A stretch of 64,000 nucleotides of DNA, from assembly GCF_009914755.1 (NCBI RefSeq), contig NC_060930.1, one strand, 5' to 3'. The position numbers and the translations under genes were made by a program. Shown here one piece after another: positions 17,397 through 29,591 of this stretch (positions are counted from its first letter, which is position 1; each line of letters begins with the position of its first letter). This DNA comes from the human T2T-CHM13v2.0 reference genome, Homo sapiens. Under the pieces are notes generated by a model. The model saw nothing but the letters and a program-made list of their open reading frames with translations, was not told the DNA's origin and did not search any database.

Positions 17397-18378
17397 CTCT
17401 CCACCCCCCACCCTCCCTCCACTAGTCTTCCTGAACCTCCACCACCACCACTCTAAGGAACCACAAATCTGCTTTCTGTTGGTATAAATTTCCCAATTAT
17501 AGACTTTTATAGTAGTAAAATAATATAGTGACTGGCTTTTTTCATTTACCATAGTGTTTTCAAGCTTCATTCATGTTTTGGCATATGTCAGTACTTCCGT
17601 CCTTTTTGTGCCTGAATAATAATCTGTTATGTGGATATACCACATTTTGCTTATCCACTCACGCACTGATGAACATTTGGGATGTTTCAACCTTTTGGCT
17701 ATTATGAATAATGTTGCTATAAACATTCAAGTACAAGTTTCTGTGCTGACATATGTCTTCAGTTTTCTTGAGTGCATACCCAGATGTAGAATTGCTAGGT
17801 CATGTCGTAATTCGACGTTTAATGGTTTGAGGAACTACTAGTTTGTTTCCCAAAGCAGCTGTACCATTTTACATTCTTACTAGCAGTGTATGAGGGTTCC
17901 AATTTTTCCACATCCTCACCAACACTTGTTGCTATCTGACTTTTTGATCCTATCCTAGCGAGTGTGAAGTGGTATCTCATTAAGGTTTTGATTTGCACTT
18001 CCCTAATGATTAATGACTATAATGGCTTTTTCCAAACGACTAATGTTCCATTTGAATATGAGCCCCATTTTTACCATAAGAAAAACTAAGGTACAGAGAT
18101 ATTAAATAAATTATCCAAGGTCACAAACCTACTAAGGGAAATGCTGAGATTTTCACCCAGGCACCCTGGCTCCATGCCCAGAATTTTACTATACTCCAGC
18201 AGCATTTCTAGGCATTTCATTCAATGCAAGAAGGATAGACATTTCCAGAGAGTCTGTTTTATCAGTGAGAAAACATTCTCAGAAGCCATTCAAACTTTTT
18301 AAATGTCATACATAGACTAGGTTTGGGTCACATGACCCTTCTTAAACCAATTACTGATAAGAAGAATACAGTCATCGT

Positions 18379-19206
18379 TGTTTCAGTCTGTTTTGTGCTA
18401 CTATAACAGATTACCACAGACTGGGTAATTTATAATAAAAATTTATTGTCTCACAGTTCTGGAAGCTAGGAAGTCCAAGATCTGGTGAGGGCCTTCTTGC
18501 TGCGGCATCCCATAGGTGGAAGGTGAAAGGGCAAGAGAGAACAAGAGGGAGCCAAACTCACCCTTTTATAATGTCACAGTCCTACCCATGAGTGTGAAGC
18601 CCTGATGGCCTCATCACCTCTTAACCTTTTTCCCATGTGACCTGAGAATACTCACTGGAGGCGATTGTGGCTGCAGCATTTACCCTGAGATGACTTTGCC
18701 ACAAAATACCTCATTTTTATTATTTTTGCATTGGTCTAATATATTGACTTTGGAAACAAAAAACATCATTCTATTTACAGCATTCTGTTTTTAATAGTGA
18801 TATTTCCATTTACGAAACATAATAATTCTCGATCACGGAAAACCTCAAATCTCAGAAAACGTAGCATTCCTAGGCATGATGTTAACATCGTTCTTGAATA
18901 ATTGTTAGCCAAAGATTCATTTATTGAATCCAATTTTTCTGAAATAGATGATTCTGATGAATCAGACAATTCTGATATTAGTTCTGTTTAGACACAACTC
19001 CAAGAAGAGTTTTTATATTTTATTTTCACATTGAAAATCAGATTTTCTTCAGCCTCAAAGAACATGTTTATGTAAAATTAAATGAGCGTTGTCAGCAAAC
19101 TGCACTTTTCTAAATGGGAAAAGGGTTAAAAGTCCATTTTCTTCATTACAATGGCAATTAAATTTCAACATGAGTTTTAAAGGGGAAAAACATTCAAACC
19201 ATAGCA
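18379..19206 (-). mobile_element. MSTC/MSTD-type MaLR solo LTR interrupted by MER75
   Basis: TGTTTCAGTCTGTTTTGTGCTACTATAACAG...CACCTCTTAA|AAGTCC...CATTCAAACCATAGCA. Confidence 0.8.
18625..19125 (+). mobile_element. MER75 non-autonomous piggyBac element
   Basis: TTAA TSDs at 18621-18624 and 19126-19129; TIRs CCTTTTTCCCAT / ATGGGAAAAGGG; internal relic (18842-18991) of a piggyBac transposase N-terminus SNLRKRSIP...AKDSFIESNFSEIDDSD. Confidence 0.93.
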
Positions 19207-19559
19207 ACCATAATTGGCTGAGATTATTCAAGATTTCCAAGCAAAATCAGGGCTCTTCGAGAAAGGTAAATCTTGATCAGTCAAATCAATAGTATCTGCA
19301 ACAGGTATAAACAAACAAAACTTTGTTTTCACTTTTTACACCATCTCAGAAATAAGAAAAGTTACCAGATTTAAAGAGTTATCATTCAGCTTCCATTGCG
19401 CTAGTGTTATTTGCATAAGTATGAGTAAATGGATAATTACAAGTCAGTCAGTAAAAGACTTCACAACAAAGGAAGCAACCATTTCAAAAAAGCAAACAAA
19501 CAAAAATTTGCACTAGGTTGAAATCTGTCTATGGAAAACTAAGCCTTCACTATAGGAGC

Positions 19560-20679
19560 AAAGCATTAAGTAAAAAAATTTATTTGCACGTTTCCTAATC
19601 TTTGAAAACTTGAGTTATGTGGAATTTAAAGCTGAAAAACAGCAATTAATCATTAATAAAAAACATGATTTTAAGTTACAAGGCTTCAAAGTATCCCTTC
19701 CAATAAAATGTCACTTATATAACAAAAATTTTTGTTCATTTTAAAGTTTTTTGAGGCTTAGATAAGCTTGTCTTAAAAATGTAAAGTTTAATTTAAAATA
19801 ATTTCAAGTACTATGTTACTCTAACAACTGTACTACCAACCAGATTTCATCAATCATATTTTAACCATAGTATTAGTTGATAATAGACAAATTTTTTCGG
19901 TACTTTTTATAATTTTATACTTGTAAATTAGTGTGTATGCTCCAAAAATGATGCAGTACACTTTAGCATTTGCTTGTTGGGAAGAGATGAGAAAATAAGA
20001 TGCGTTTATCAGATCTTCCAATTGCGCACCAGAAATACTTTCAAAGTACCTATGTTGTAATTTCATTTTTAAAAAATTCTTTTCAATTGGGGGGGAGGGT
20101 GAATAAATAATTACAAAGAATGGCTGCCTTTAGATAGAGGTTTATCATGTAATTATAATAATGATCATTTAAAAGGATCCAAAATGTCTCCACTAGTTTA
20201 AAGGGCTAGGCAGAGTTATTTTTAAAATCAAACGTATGTGCTTTTTCTGTTTATGTCTTTGGAAAGAACATTCTGTATAATGAAAAACATGACCAAATTT
20301 TTCACAGTACATCACTATAAAACCCTGTAATTGACTTTTGGGGTTGGTTTACTCTATATCTATTTTTGACCTCGTAGAAAACAGCAATGATGTGGTGAAA
20401 GGCCCAAAATTTAAGTCTCATTGCAGGATAAGACTCCATCCTGATTAGTTAGAAGTATCATATTTGTGCTGGGAAATGTGCCCATTCTAGTAGAGAAAAC
20501 TTTAGTGCATAGGAACCACCTCTTTTCTAATCAAGCCATGTAAAAACTAGTAACTCTGGTGTCTAGTCTGGGCCTTGGATGGAATGTGGATGTTGTTTAC
20601 ACCGATCCCCTCCATTAAAGGCAGCATAATGTTGGTCTTCAAAACTGATGTTGGAAATGACAGGTTCATTGCAGTTAAT
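19560..20679 (-). other. Candidate alternative terminal exon, or conserved non-coding element, in a repeat-free island
   Basis: Acceptor TTGTTACTTTCCATCAG|ATT at 20681-20680; phase-0 frame open 38 codons to TAG (20565-20563); ATTAAA (19792-19787) and AATAAA (19584-19579) downstream on the minus strand; protein not recognised. Confidence 0.3.
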
Positions 20680-21864
20680 CTGATGGAAAGTAACAATGTA
20701 TGTCACAGGTAAATTATAAATTAACCTTTAAACATATAAATTATCATTAGATAGTTCTTTTTCTCTTGTGTTAACACAGATTAAATAAAGAACTTAATCT
20801 CCTTCTAAAAGCTTTGAATTCCGTTACTAAGGAACAAACTAATATGTTATTCCTAACAAAAAGCACTGTTCTTCATCGAAGTCTAAAATACCTCTGAATG
20901 GGTACTCCTGCTTTCACCAGTAAAATTTACATACTACCAAGTAAAATAAACTTATGTTACATGGTATAAAAATCAGCCCTGTAACACCTACCACAGATTT
21001 ATCTCCTGTGAGTTGACTCAATCATTCCTTCTTTTCAGTAAATAAACTACATTCTACGCAGGGAACTGCAGGAAAGTTTTTCAGAGGCCAAGTCAAAGAA
21101 TATGTTTCACATGGAAACTTCCAAATTGACAGCCTGCCCATTTTTGGTAGGTATTAAAGGGTCCTCAGCACTTTATGAATTAGTTGTGGTTTACCTAAAT
21201 AATCATGGCCAAAGCTGCCACCGTCACTGCATTCAATTTATTCCTATCAAAAAAATCAATGTACCTTTAAAAAAATTAACACATTTTCTAAAATTCAGGC
21301 TAAATAACAGCTTTCTAGCAGCATTGCTGATTGAATGATAATCATAATAAATCATTTTTAAAACAAGTATATTAAAATTAGTCCATTTTTATTAGTCTCT
21401 CATAACATAGATTATCTTTTAATCTCTACATTTTAACAAGTAAAATAATGAATTAACATTAACTACACAAGATTATTTAACAGCTTCCACCAACTTCTTG
21501 AGGAACAGTTATACAAAGATGTTTGAAGAATATCCTCTTTATGAAAAATAAAAAGCTCCTGAAAATCCTTACACGAATTGCCTATATAAAAGATCATCTC
21601 TGAACAATGAAGGAACTTCTTACCAAGCTAACAAGATAGGCAAATAAAATAAGGTAAACAAGTATGTGACAGCCTGAGCTATATTAGAAGTCACCAAGAC
21701 GAAAATCACTGAAAGACTTTTGACCCAGCTGCGTCAGGTGTCCTGGTCCAATTCCCTGCAATAAATTCCTCATCTAAACAGATGAAACTGCCCACAGTAT
21801 ACTACTTGCACACCACCAGATAGGCCAGCTGATGTTTATAACTGAAAATAAAGCCAAGAATTAG

Positions 21865-24475
21865 AAGTATATTTTAAAATAATTTTTTTAAAACCCTACC
21901 AATCAAAACCAATCAAAATTTGCCCTGGAACAGGCAAATTCACAGCCAAATCCTACTAGACATACAAAGAAGAGCTAGTACCAATCCTAGTGAAATTATT
22001 CCAAAAAAACCAAAAATCAAGTGGGAACTCCTCCTTCAATCATTCTGTGACTCCAGCATCATTCTGATACCAAAACCTGCCAGAGACACAACAAAAAAAG
22101 AAAACTTCAGATCAATATCCCTGATGAACAGAGATGCACAAATTGTCAACAAAATACCAGCAAACTGAATCCAGAGGCACATCAAAAAGCTAACTGACAA
22201 TGATAAAGTAGGCTTTATTCTTGTGATGCAAGGTTGGGTCAACATACGCAAATCGATAAATGTGATTCACCACACAAAAAGAATTAACAAAATCAGAAAA
22301 AAAAAACACATGATCATCTCCATAGATGTAGAAAAGGCTGTCAATAAAATTCAACATCCCTTCATGTTAAAAACTCTCACCAATGGCATCAAAGGTACAT
22401 ACCTCAAATAGTAAGAATCATCTATGGCAAACCCATAGCCATCATCATACTGGACAGGCAAAAGCTGGAAGCATTCTCCTTGAGAACTGGAAGAAGACAA
22501 AGATGCCACCACTCTCACCACATCTAGTCAACATAGTACTGAAAGTCCTAGCCAGAGCAATCAAGGAAAGAGAAGAAACAAAAGGCATTCAAATAAAAAC
22601 AAAGGAAGTCAACCTATCTCTCTTCAAAAATGATATCACTCTATACCTAGAAAATCTCAGATTCTGCTAAAAGGCTCCTAGAACTGGTAAACAGGGTCAG
22701 TAAAGTTTCAGAATACAAAATCAACATAAAAAATCAGAAGCATTTCTATATACCAATAATGCCCAAGCTGAAAGCCAAATAAAAAATGCAATCCCACCTA
22801 CAATACCCACAAATAGCATCAAATACCCAGGAATACAGCAAACCAAGGAGGTAAAAGATCTCTACAAGAATTACAAAACACTGCTGAAAGAAATCAGCGA
22901 TGACATAAACAAATGGAAATATAGTCCATGCTTGTGGATAGCAAGAATCAATATTGTTAAAATGGCCATACTGCACAAGGCAATTTACAGATTCAATGCT
23001 ATTCCTATCAAACCACCAATCTCACTCTTCACAGAATTTTTTAAACTATTCTAAAATTCTTATGGAACCAAAAAAGAGCCTAGACAGCCAAAGCAATTCT
23101 AAGCAAAAAGAAAAGCATATTACTGGCACAAAAACAGATACACAGACCAACAGAACAGAATAGAGAACCCAGAAATAAACCCAAGCACCTACAACCACCT
23201 GATCTTCAACAAAGTCAACAATAACAAGTAATGGGGAAAGGACTCCCCATTCAATGAACAGTATATGATAACTGGCTTACCATATGCAGAAGATTGAACC
23301 TGGACCCCTTCCTTTCACCACATACAAAAATCAACTCAAGATGGATTAAAGACTTAGATGTAAGACCTAAAACTACAAAAACTCTAGAAGAAAACCTAGC
23401 GTACCTATCTGGACATCAACCTTAGCACAGTTTATGGCCAAGTCCCCTAAAGCAATTGCAACAGAAACAAAAATTGACAAGTGGAATCTAATTAAACTTC
23501 TGCACAGCAAAAGAAATTATCTGTAGAGCAAACAATGTCTCCTACAAAATGGGAGAAAATATTGGCAAACTATGCATCCGACAAAGGTCTAATATACAGA
23601 ATCTAGGAGGAACTTAATATGTGAAATACAACCCCATTAAAAAGTGGGCAAAAGACATGAACAGGAGCTTCTTAAAAGACAACATACAAACAGCCAACAA
23701 ATATATGAGAAAATGCTCAACATCACTAATTATTAGATAAATGTAAATCAAAACCACAATAAGATACCATCTCACAACAGTCAGAATCGTTGTTATTAAA
23801 AAGTCAAAAAATAATAGATGTAGGTGAGGTTGCAGAAAAAAAGAAAGCTTACACACTGCTGGTGGGAATGTAAGTTCAGCCACTGTGGAAAGCAGTTTGG
23901 AGATTTCTCGAAGAAGTTAAAACAGAACCACCATTTGACCCAGCAATCCCACTACTGGATATATACCCAAGGGAAAATAAATCATTCCACCAGATAGACA
24001 CTGGCACACATATGTTCAGCACAGCAGGGTTCATAACTGCAAAGACATGGAATCAACCTAGATGCCCATCAAGAGTGGCCTGGATAAAGAAAATGTGGTA
24101 CATACACACCATGGAATACCACACAGCAATAAAAAGAACGAATTATGTCCTTTGCAGAAATATGGATGCAGCTGAAGGCCATTGTTCTAAGCAAATTAAC
24201 AAAGGAACAGTGAACCAAATACCGTATGTTCTCATCTAAAAGTGGGAGCTAAACATTAGGCAGACATGGATATAAAGATGGCAACAACAGAAGGTGGAAA
24301 CTTCTAGAGGGTGGGTGAGGGAGTTGGGTATGGGTTGAAAAACTACATATTGAGTACTACGTTTACTACCTGGGTGATGAGATAATTCGTACACCAAACC
24401 TCAGTAACATGCAATTTACCCACGAAACAAACCTGAACATGCACCCCTGAATCTAAAATAAAATTGGAGGAAAAA
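21865..24475 (+). mobile_element. 5'-truncated L1PA15/16-like LINE-1 (ORF2 RT region to 3' end), disrupted
   Basis: [17 protein letters not shown]...[11 protein letters not shown] motifs; 3' UTR GGGTTGAAAAACTAC...ACACCAAACCTCAG...TGAATCTAAAATAAAA. Confidence 0.9.
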
Positions 24476-25157
24476 GGCTATCATTTGAAAAGCTACAGAA
24501 ATGAACAAATGTAAAAAACGGACTTGCTGCATGATGATAAAGGGAATGCCATTCTTGTATCCCTACAGTCTCAAATCCAACAAAAGAAACAAACATAGTC
24601 CCTTCTCACCCCCCAAAAATGTGCTTTTTCTTGCCATAAAATCGTAACCATCACACAAAGGCACCTTGGTGATTTCATAACATTGTATATTATAGTCCAT
24701 TTTCTATTAAAAATACCACTAAAGTAAATTTTTAGGAAAATTATGTTACCTGATCAGTAACTTGTACTTAAACATCGATTATGTACATCATTTGAATACC
24801 TTCCAGAGGATCGATTCTCCAACATAAAATTGAAAGAAAACCAGATCCAATTAAATAAGCAAATTCAATTTACAGAAAAAAATTACTTGTTTCATTAAGT
24901 CAAACATTGTGGTGGTACACCAGAGAAGTAGAAATCTATTAGCTATGAATTAATTAATGAAAAAGAAATGAAAACACTTATTTTTTAAAAAATTTACATA
25001 AGCATTATAAAACAGAAATGACAAAGTGCATTTAAAAAACTGATTGGATCTTGAAATCTGTATTTTTTAGAAACACCCAGAATAAGATTTCAGAAGAAGT
25101 ATTTTTATATACATTTTTAATTGTTGTGGTGTAAAAATTGTTGTGGGTAAAAGTTCA

Positions 25158-25368
<211 letters not shown>

Positions 25369-25587
25369 ATTAAGATTTAATGAACATTGGTTATAAGGTT
25401 CCTGTTGTTTAACTTAATAAACAAAGCACAACAGTTCATCAGCTATACCAACCCTAAACTGTCTAGCCCTGCACTTCTTGTGAGGCAGGATAAAATAAAT
25501 AAAACATCACTTACTTAAGTCACTATTTGTTATGTTTTCATTACAACAAGTCTAATATGAGCCTAACTCTTATAATATTTGCTACCA

Positions 25588-25680
25588 AGAAAGGAAGGGA
25601 GGGAAAGAAAGAGAAAAGAAAGAAGGGAGGAAGGAAGGAGAGGAAAGAGACAAATGAAGACAAGTAGGGAGACGAGCAAA
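25588..25680. repeat. GA-rich low-complexity tract
   Basis: AAGG/GGGA/AAAG polypurine run. Confidence 0.8.
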
Positions 25681-26762
25681 ATTTAGAAAACATGAGAACT
25701 AGTTTAAAGAAAAGAGAAACTATTTTTAAGTGAGAGAAGGCAAAACATATCCGAACAAATGTAAAAAGGATAAACATCTATTAAAGGAAAAAAATCACTT
25801 TAATGAGATTAATTTGAACTGAAATTTCCCCTATGAAGTATTGGAGTGAGAAGACAACAGCTCTAGTTACAATGAATTTTCCTTGATATACACACAATTA
25901 TTTCAAATCCAGTGCATTTCCTCAAGAAAATCTTAATTATTCAGATTAAAGCAATATTTTTGGAAATGAATGAAATACATACAATAGAAAAGACCTCTCA
26001 ATAGGACACCTAATATTATCAGTGTATTTTAAATGATCCTCAATTTTAATAAAACCGTACTAAACATAATTGAAAATTTTTCTTAGGTAAGACCTTATGT
26101 CCTTTCCACATACTTTCAATTCTACTTTGTTATATCACAAAAGAAACCTTGTATATTTCATTCTTAGTTTTTCTAAGTTGTTGACAGATGGAGAATGTTT
26201 AACTGAACTTTGTCCTGTCAAACAGAATCAACTACTAATTGTTTTGGCTAATGATATTTAGCATGAGTCTAGTCCGGCTAGGTCTTAAATAACTTTCAAA
26301 AGTTTTTTAACCTTCGTCACTTCCTGGGATATACATCTTAGCAATCACAACCTTGAGCTAAGCCAAGAAAAGACTGCACATTGAGCAACACTGGTGATAT
26401 ATTTAAATACATTAAGGTTAAAATCTAGTACTTTTGAAAAATCCTTAAATATATAAGGCACACCAAAGTAGGGTTTTTACTTTTACCTTTAGAAATAAAT
26501 CTGCAGAAAAAGTACTAACAGTATTACATGGCCAAGAAAAAATATCACGTAAAATTAGTGTGTTCCCTGCAGCATTCCAACAAAAATTATGCCATTTGGA
26601 TAGAGGTACTGAATATATTATGCAAGCAAGAATGTTATGTTTGACCAATTAATCTCCTTAAAGTAGTTTAAAAGATCACACTATAACAATAAAATAGATG
26701 TTTGAGAAGATAAAATATATCAAAATGTATCTACCAAAAAGTGATCAAAAAGAAACTCATTC

Positions 26763-27550
26763 ATATCTTTTGCCCAAATATAAGTCACCTTTCACAGAAT
26801 TAATGTTCAGAAACAGTTGCCTCACATTAGAATCCTAACAAAGATTCTCATATTACACAGTACCACCACGATTTTTTATTTTTAATCAAAAAGTAACATT
26901 TGAGAAAAATACACTAGCCTGAATTGACCTCAATCAGTTGGAAGCTTATAGAGTTATAGCTTGAAAACTTATAAACGTAACCTGACAATTTTTTTTTTAA
27001 GAAAGAGAAAAGCCACAAGGAAATTCAAAATGGATTTAGCCGTTATTCCCGGGAGAATTACTTTACAATTCCAAATGCTAGATGTTACTGTAAAAATTTT
27101 TTTTAAAAATCTAGAAACTTCAAAAGAAATAAAATACTTACAACATGGACATCATAAATAATGAGTGCTTAGGACTTGGTAAAAATTTCTAATGATTTCG
27201 TCAAAGTGATACTTTACCTCAAACAACCAAGAAGAAATAAAAATCATATACCATGGAAAACTCAGTTGATATCTTAAAAAATATTTCTAGGATTGATGAA
27301 TACACTTAAGTCAAATGCATGTAACAATATGAAAAGACTCAAGAAATTTAAATAGAAAAATAGTATATTTAAATTAACATTTATATGATTTGAATGTATA
27401 TTAAATTATTAAATATTATGAATAGACATTTGATGACATCTATATCCCTAATAATTTTCACATTCAACTAAGTAAACAACTTTTTAAAATCTTCTCATCT
27501 GATAAACAGAAATCTGCCTTATATTCAGAGACACTATATTCAGTCATATA
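26763..27550 (+). mobile_element. Ancient pogo/Tc2-like (Kanga-type) DNA transposon remnant
   Basis: DLAVIPGRITLQFQMLDVTVKIFFKNL resembles the pogo DDE motif (IPGGxTxxLQxLDVxVNKPFK); possible degenerate inverted ends CCAAATATAAG / CTTATATTCAG. Confidence 0.5.
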
Positions 27551-27659
27551 TAAAAACTCTGAGGCATAAAATGAAAAATATTTTTTCACATATTTACAGA
27601 GGTAGCCATTAAGGAACATCTTCTTTACAAATTATGTTGGCATATTCAATAAATGAGTA

Positions 27660-28013
27660 CAGCTTAAGCATTCCTAACCTGAACATCCAGAATGCTCCAA
27701 AATCCAAAAGTTTTTGAGCACCAGCATGGTATCTACAAGGGGAAAATTCCACAACTGACCTCATGTGACAGGTTACAGTTTACATAGTCAAAACTGTTCA
27801 GCAAACAAAATTATTAAAATTATGGTATAAATTTACCTTCAGCCTATAAGTATAAGGTATATACGAAACATAAATGAATTTCATGTTTAGACTTGGGTCC
27901 CATCCTCAAGGTATCTCATTATATATACACAAGTATTCCAAAATATGAAAAACAAACTCAAAATCCAAAATACTTCTGGTCCCAAGTATTTTGGATATGA
28001 GATACTCAACCTG
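27660..28013 (+). mobile_element. Tigger4/MER46 (Zombi) non-autonomous element
   Basis: TA TSDs at 27658-27659 and 28014-28015; termini CAGCTTAAGCATTCC / GATACTCAACCTG; AATGCTCCAAAATCC; GACTTGGGTCCCATCC. Confidence 0.85.
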
Positions 28014-28489
28014 TATTATTGAAAAGGCTGACCATGCCACACATATCTCCGATTTTAATTTATATAACGGATTTAGAGAATACGCATTTTAAGACCTAAA
28101 ATTCATGCCCTAATTAAGGAGTTAACAAGGACATCTAAAATCCCTTACTTCTTCAATCTATTCCTTTTATAGAGTAAAAAGGAAAATATTTAATTCTCTC
28201 TCCCATATTCATACATAAAAATATGCACACATTTCTGCACATGCATACAAGTGCAATGTTTTTATTGCAAGCTTTAAAATGATCCCAATGTTGTCTGCCA
28301 GGGCAGTAAACTGAAAGTTATTGAATTAAAAAATATATTTGAAAATAGTTGAGATATTAAGAAATTATTTTAAAAACTTGGCTAATATTCAATTTCTTAG
28401 TGTTATTCTTCAGTGCCTAATACCTATCTCCTTTGAACTCTCACACTACGATAGATTACAATATACACCATCTACATCCAATATATTGC

Positions 28490-28810
28490 ACTTAGCAGAG
28501 TTACTTCTCTGCCTCTTGACTTTAAATTGGCCAATGATAAATAGGCAGTAGTGACAAAATGTGCCAGTTAAGAGCCTAGGCCTTACAAGGACTTAAGAGG
28601 CCCTCTGGAGACACCACCATCACCAAAAGAAAAAGAAAAAAAGCATGACCTAGGTTGCCCCTAATCCAAAAGTAAAGATGAAAGTCATGGGGAGTAGCAC
28701 CAACCCAGCCTACCCACACATCTGCAATGCGAGGCAGAGCTGCCAGCTCACATACAAATAATTGTTGCCACTGAGCTACCCATTATTTGCTATGCAACAA
28801 TAGTAAAAAG
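28490..28810 (+). mobile_element. Old MLT1-type MaLR LTR fragment
   Basis: TGGCCAATG...GTGACA...GAGCCTAGGCCTT...GCCACTGAG...TTTGCTATGCAACAATAG. Confidence 0.45.
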
Positions 28811-29458
28811 AGTTATAGGTACATTATTCTCATTGACATTAAGGTTGAAACATCAACAGTATACAACAATATAAAATTAGTTCTCTTTCCATAGAATGAA
28901 AGGCCTTGATATTCAAAGTTAAAAAACAAATGAAATCATTAAGGTAAACACATCAATGGAAACAATTAGTTCCTTCTTTTATCTGGAATACATATATGCA
29001 ATCATAGTCCTGCTGCTATGACATGACAGACTCAGAGACTCAAATAATTTATATCTTGTAATTACAATTCACACTTTTAGAAATTAAAAAGGGGTGCGTG
29101 TGGAACTCTGAAATTAATGGCAAATCCTCCAAAACATAAAAATGCCATCAAACTTGAATGTCAAATATTTTTCCACAGCTTAGCACCTAGATACATGATT
29201 TACAGATCTGCCTAAATAGAGTAAAAACAACAACAAAAAACATGATTCTCCATAAAAGCACAACAGAAAATCCTTAAAATATTTTTTAATGAACGATTCG
29301 GATAAATTGGAGATCATTTAAAATACAATCTCCAAAACATAATCAGGACATTCTTATATACGTCAACTGACATGAATTTTTATTCTCACTGTAAGCAATT
29401 ATACAAGTGTATAGTATACCTACTTGTAAAAAGGGTCTAAAGTAAACTACAGCAGAGG

Positions 29459-29591
29459 CACACAGAAAACAAAAACCATAACTATTCAACAAAACTAAAT
29501 GTTAGATAACTAAGAAGAATGTGTACACATAGAAAACAAAAACCATAACTATTCAACAAAACTAAATGTTAGATAACTAAGAAGAATGTGT
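29459..29591. repeat. 67-bp near-perfect tandem duplication
   Basis: CACA(C/T)AGAAAACAAAAACCATAACTATTCAACAAAACTAAATGTTAGATAACTAAGAAGAATGTGT, twice. Confidence 0.97.

Larger units (their letters stand above)
16575..18020 (-). mobile_element. L1MB-type 3' fragment, split by AluY and MLT1A
   Basis: AACAGCTTTATTGAGACATAATTCACA...ACTATCACCACAGTCAATTT, resuming at about 17400 to TGGTATCTCATT...TTGCACTTCCCTAATGA. Confidence 0.85.
16150..18190 (-). mobile_element. MIR split into parts (16150-16245, 16551-16568, 18062-18190)
   Basis: TCATTCTTAACAACAACCTATAATAGGT|AGCTACTATTATT and CCCCATTTTTACCATAAGAAAAACTAAGGTACAGAG...CCAAGGTCACA rejoin into an antisense MIR. Confidence 0.65.
15424..19302 (-). mobile_element. 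Ancient MaLR LTR (MLT1K/L-like), broken into pieces by nested insertions
   Basis: Pieces TTGCAAGAAACAGAAAAC (about 15450), TGGGTCACATGACCCTTCTTAAACCAATTACTG (about 18325) and AAAATCAGGGCTCT...AATAGTATCTGCAACA (19243-19302) appear collinear with the remembered MLT1K-type consensus. Confidence 0.5.

Noticed and set aside
20385-20446. C/D-box snoRNA-like arrangement ATGATG...CTGA
   Set aside because: Imperfect C box, no terminal stem, and it lies opposite to the inferred host transcript
20594-20601. miR-30 8mer-like site TGTTTACA
   Set aside because: It is on the + strand with no evidence for a plus-strand 3' UTR; equally a forkhead motif or chance
19300-21850. Naming the host gene
   Set aside because: No exon or peptide here is recognisable to me, so any gene symbol would be a guess
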